A stretch of 44,943 nucleotides of DNA, taken from the NCBI GenBank assembly GCA_964343135.1, contig CAYFGR010000001.1, positions 1 through 44,943 on the forward strand, read 5' to 3'. Source of the stretch: an uncultured Dehalococcoidales bacterium. GTDB taxonomy: Bacteria > Chloroflexota > Dehalococcoidia > Dehalococcoidales > JAUYDJ01. The notes beneath the pieces are model-generated. The model searched no databases and was not told the DNA's origin. It was given only the letters and a program-made list of their open reading frames with translations. Positions 43,370 through 44,943 of the stretch are shown one piece after another; position 1 is the stretch's first letter, and the number at the start of each line of letters is the position of its first letter. The position numbers and the translations under genes were made by a program.

Positions 43370-44242
43370 ATGACGTCCGAGGAAGAAATAAAGCAGTTTG
43401 CCCTGCAACGGGGCGCCGAACTTGTCGGTATTGCTTCCGTAACCGATATCAATGAATTTACCCCGGCCGGTCACCGCCCCGATGATTTTCTGACAGGGGC
43501 GAAAAGTGTTATCGTCATGGCCGCACGCTCCACCACTCGTGGTGGCTGGCGCAGTACGGATTACCGTTTGCCTGTGGCTAATCTGGATTTCTTTCGCATA
43601 CGCGGTGGTATTGTCCTGGCCCTGGCTAAATATATTGAGTCCCAGTATGGCTATTATGCAGTGGCGGATACGCCACCGCCGACCGGTTTTAATGCTAGCT
43701 TCAGTCTAAAACTGTGTGCCGAAATGGCAGGGCTGGGTACCCGCACACTGGCGGGTGGGGTTCTCATGAACCGAGAACTGGGTGTATTTAACCTGGCGGC
43801 GGTCATCACTACTATGCCACTAAAAGCTGACAGCCCGACACAAGACATGGTCTGCCCCCATCCTTCCTGTGTAAAGCGATGGCAAAAGGAGCGAACTACG
43901 CCGTGTCTGGATGCCTGTCCCGAGTGCCTGTCAGGAAAGCTTGAGGACGGGCGGATAAAGTGGATGAGATATGACCGACGAATATGCTCCACACGCGCTC
44001 AGACCCTGAGTCCGGTTTCATACCAGAGGCTGTTGCTGGAGATTGTCAATGAACCTGACCCGGGGAGAAGGAAGTCCACGCTCTTGGGAAGCTTTGCCCG
44101 AAACGCCATGCAGGCAGTAGTCGCCGGTCCGACGGTCAGCCAATGTGGTGAGTGTTTCCGCTATTGCCCGGTTGACCTGCAGGCACGTACTCTTAGAGGC
44201 CACGGGGACGAAAAACAGTCTGTCGGGAACAAATCTCAGTAA
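43370..44242 (+). CDS. Fe-S protein of the epoxyqueuosine reductase (QueG) / reductive-dehalogenase superfamily, short form with atypical Cys motifs
   Basis: ATG 43370 is preferred over 43355 (GAGAGGGG RBS, 5-nt spacer). Colinear with my memory of B. subtilis QueG: LVGIASV..., KSVIVMA, LCAEMAGLGTRT...NLAAVITTMPLKAD, CLDACPEC, RICS, QCGECFRYCP. It lacks the full CxxCxxCxxxCP and the HEAT-like tail. Confidence 0.45.
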   Translation: MTSEEEIKQFALQRGAELVGIASVTDINEFTPAGHRPDDFLTGAKSVIVMAARSTTRGGWRSTDYRLPVANLDFFRIRGGIVLALAKYIESQYGYYAVADTPPPTGFNASFSLKLCAEMAGLGTRTLAGGVLMNRELGVFNLAAVITTMPLKADSPTQDMVCPHPSCVKRWQKERTTPCLDACPECLSGKLEDGRIKWMRYDRRICSTRAQTLSPVSYQRLLLEIVNEPDPGRRKSTLLGSFARNAMQAVVAGPTVSQCGECFRYCPVDLQARTLRGHGDEKQSVGNKSQ

Positions 44243-44261
44243 GGGGAGGTACGCAGCGCCC

Positions 44262-44519
44262 ATGATTAAGTACGTTTCGTCTGAGCTCTACGATAAATAC
44301 AAGCAGAAAGTTCTGGAAATGAGTCCGGCAATCCAGTGTTATGAGGGTACCCGGCTAATCAGGGAATCCAGCTGTCTTACCGACTGGGAAATAGCGGCAC
44401 GGCTGGGCTTGGATGCGGATGAGGTAACAGAAATACGCTGTATTGCTGAGATTGATCTCCTGCCGGCTGACACCTGGCTCAAATCGGCTAACTGGAAGAG
44501 GCAGAAGGCGCTAAGATAA
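44262..44519 (+). CDS. Small hypothetical protein with HTH-like segment
   Basis: 85-aa ORF from ATG 44262 (AAGGGGAGG upstream). The track's longer 44145 start lies inside the preceding gene. LTDWEIAARLGLDADEVTEIR looks like a helix-turn-helix. Confidence 0.45.
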   Translation: MIKYVSSELYDKYKQKVLEMSPAIQCYEGTRLIRESSCLTDWEIAARLGLDADEVTEIRCIAEIDLLPADTWLKSANWKRQKALR

Positions 44520-44611
44520 TTTAGTTCCGGAGAGAGATACTCCAGTTTTACCCAAACCGAGTGATGCCTTCCTGACAAGCTGAAATCTTCAATTGCCAGT
44601 TGCCGATGTGG

Positions 44612-44943
44612 TTAAGATGCCGTGGTGGCTTCCGGAGCCGGCGATGGCAGCGAATCATCGAATATTTTCTCCAATTCGGCACCCTCAAGAATTTCCTGCG
44701 CGATAAGTTTTTCGGCAACGCGAACCAATTTGGCTTTGTTTTCGGTGAGAATTTTATTTGCCGTGGCATAGGCTTCCTGAATGAGACCGTCAACTTCGGT
44801 GTCAATCTGCTGAGCTATCTTTTCGCTGTAGTCCCGCTGTTCCGAGATTTCACGTCCCAAGAAAACCAGTTCTTGCTTGTCACCGAAGGTACGTGGCCCC
44901 AGGGCGGAACTCATACCGTAGTCGGTTACCATCTTGCGGGAGA
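44612..44943 (-). CDS. ftsH: ATP-dependent zinc metalloprotease FtsH, C-terminal part; gene continues past the right edge
   Basis: ...SRKMVTDYGMSSALGPRTFGDKQELVFLGREISEQRDYSEKIAQQIDTEVDGLIQEAY...LIAQEILEGAELEKIF is the conserved FtsH protease-domain C-terminus. The frame is open to base 44943. Confidence 0.9.
   Translation of the reverse strand, partial: SRKMVTDYGMSSALGPRTFGDKQELVFLGREISEQRDYSEKIAQQIDTEVDGLIQEAYATANKILTENKAKLVRVAEKLIAQEILEGAELEKIFDDSLPSPAPEATTAS

Noticed and set aside
1-44943. Window-wide scan for CRISPR arrays, rRNA, IS elements, long direct or inverted repeats and alternative genetic code.
   Set aside because: None were detected by eye. Coding density and stop-codon usage (TAA/TAG/TGA all terminate well-supported genes) fit the standard bacterial code. 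A computational repeat search would be needed to exclude short dispersed repeats.

Overview
Gene-dense, chromosomal-looking bacterial window: about 46 protein-coding genes and one tRNA-Glu. I saw no rRNA, CRISPR array, transposase or integrase. Left 7.6 kb: a minus-strand coenzyme F420 block (cofH-cofG-cofE-cofC-cofD, a stand-alone nitroreductase, an M24 hydrolase, an LLM-class oxidoreductase, an NpdG-like F420:NADP oxidoreductase). It is followed by a divergent pair: a 2,4-dienoyl-CoA/enoate-reductase-like flavoprotein and a tungsten-type aldehyde:ferredoxin oxidoreductase. Middle: a housekeeping run recA-recX-rny-ymdB-PHP-plsY, a membrane HdrD/DsrMK-like Fe-S oxidoreductase next to a thiolase/DUF35 pair, a TrmO-EndoIII-like-sirtuin operon, a homocitrate-synthase-family enzyme (possible Re-citrate synthase), a CPA2 antiporter and argC. 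Right: an uncharacterised radical-SAM/SPASM, ASKHA (DUF1464-like) and orphan-SPASM cassette, then transporters, tRNA-Glu, two unassignable proteins flanking a macro-domain gene, a guaB3-like/treT operon, rsmI, metG, a polyprenyl synthase, a QueG/RdhA-like Fe-S protein and the 3' end of ftsH. Gene content and synteny fit an anaerobic Chloroflexota/Dehalococcoidia-like organism, but this is inference only. Three genes are disrupted (two 1-nt frameshifts, one in-frame TAG), which could be assembly error or real decay. The most promising unexplained unit is the 2.4-kb rSAM cassette at 28418-30802. Nothing here can be called a new system without database and gene-neighbourhood searches.
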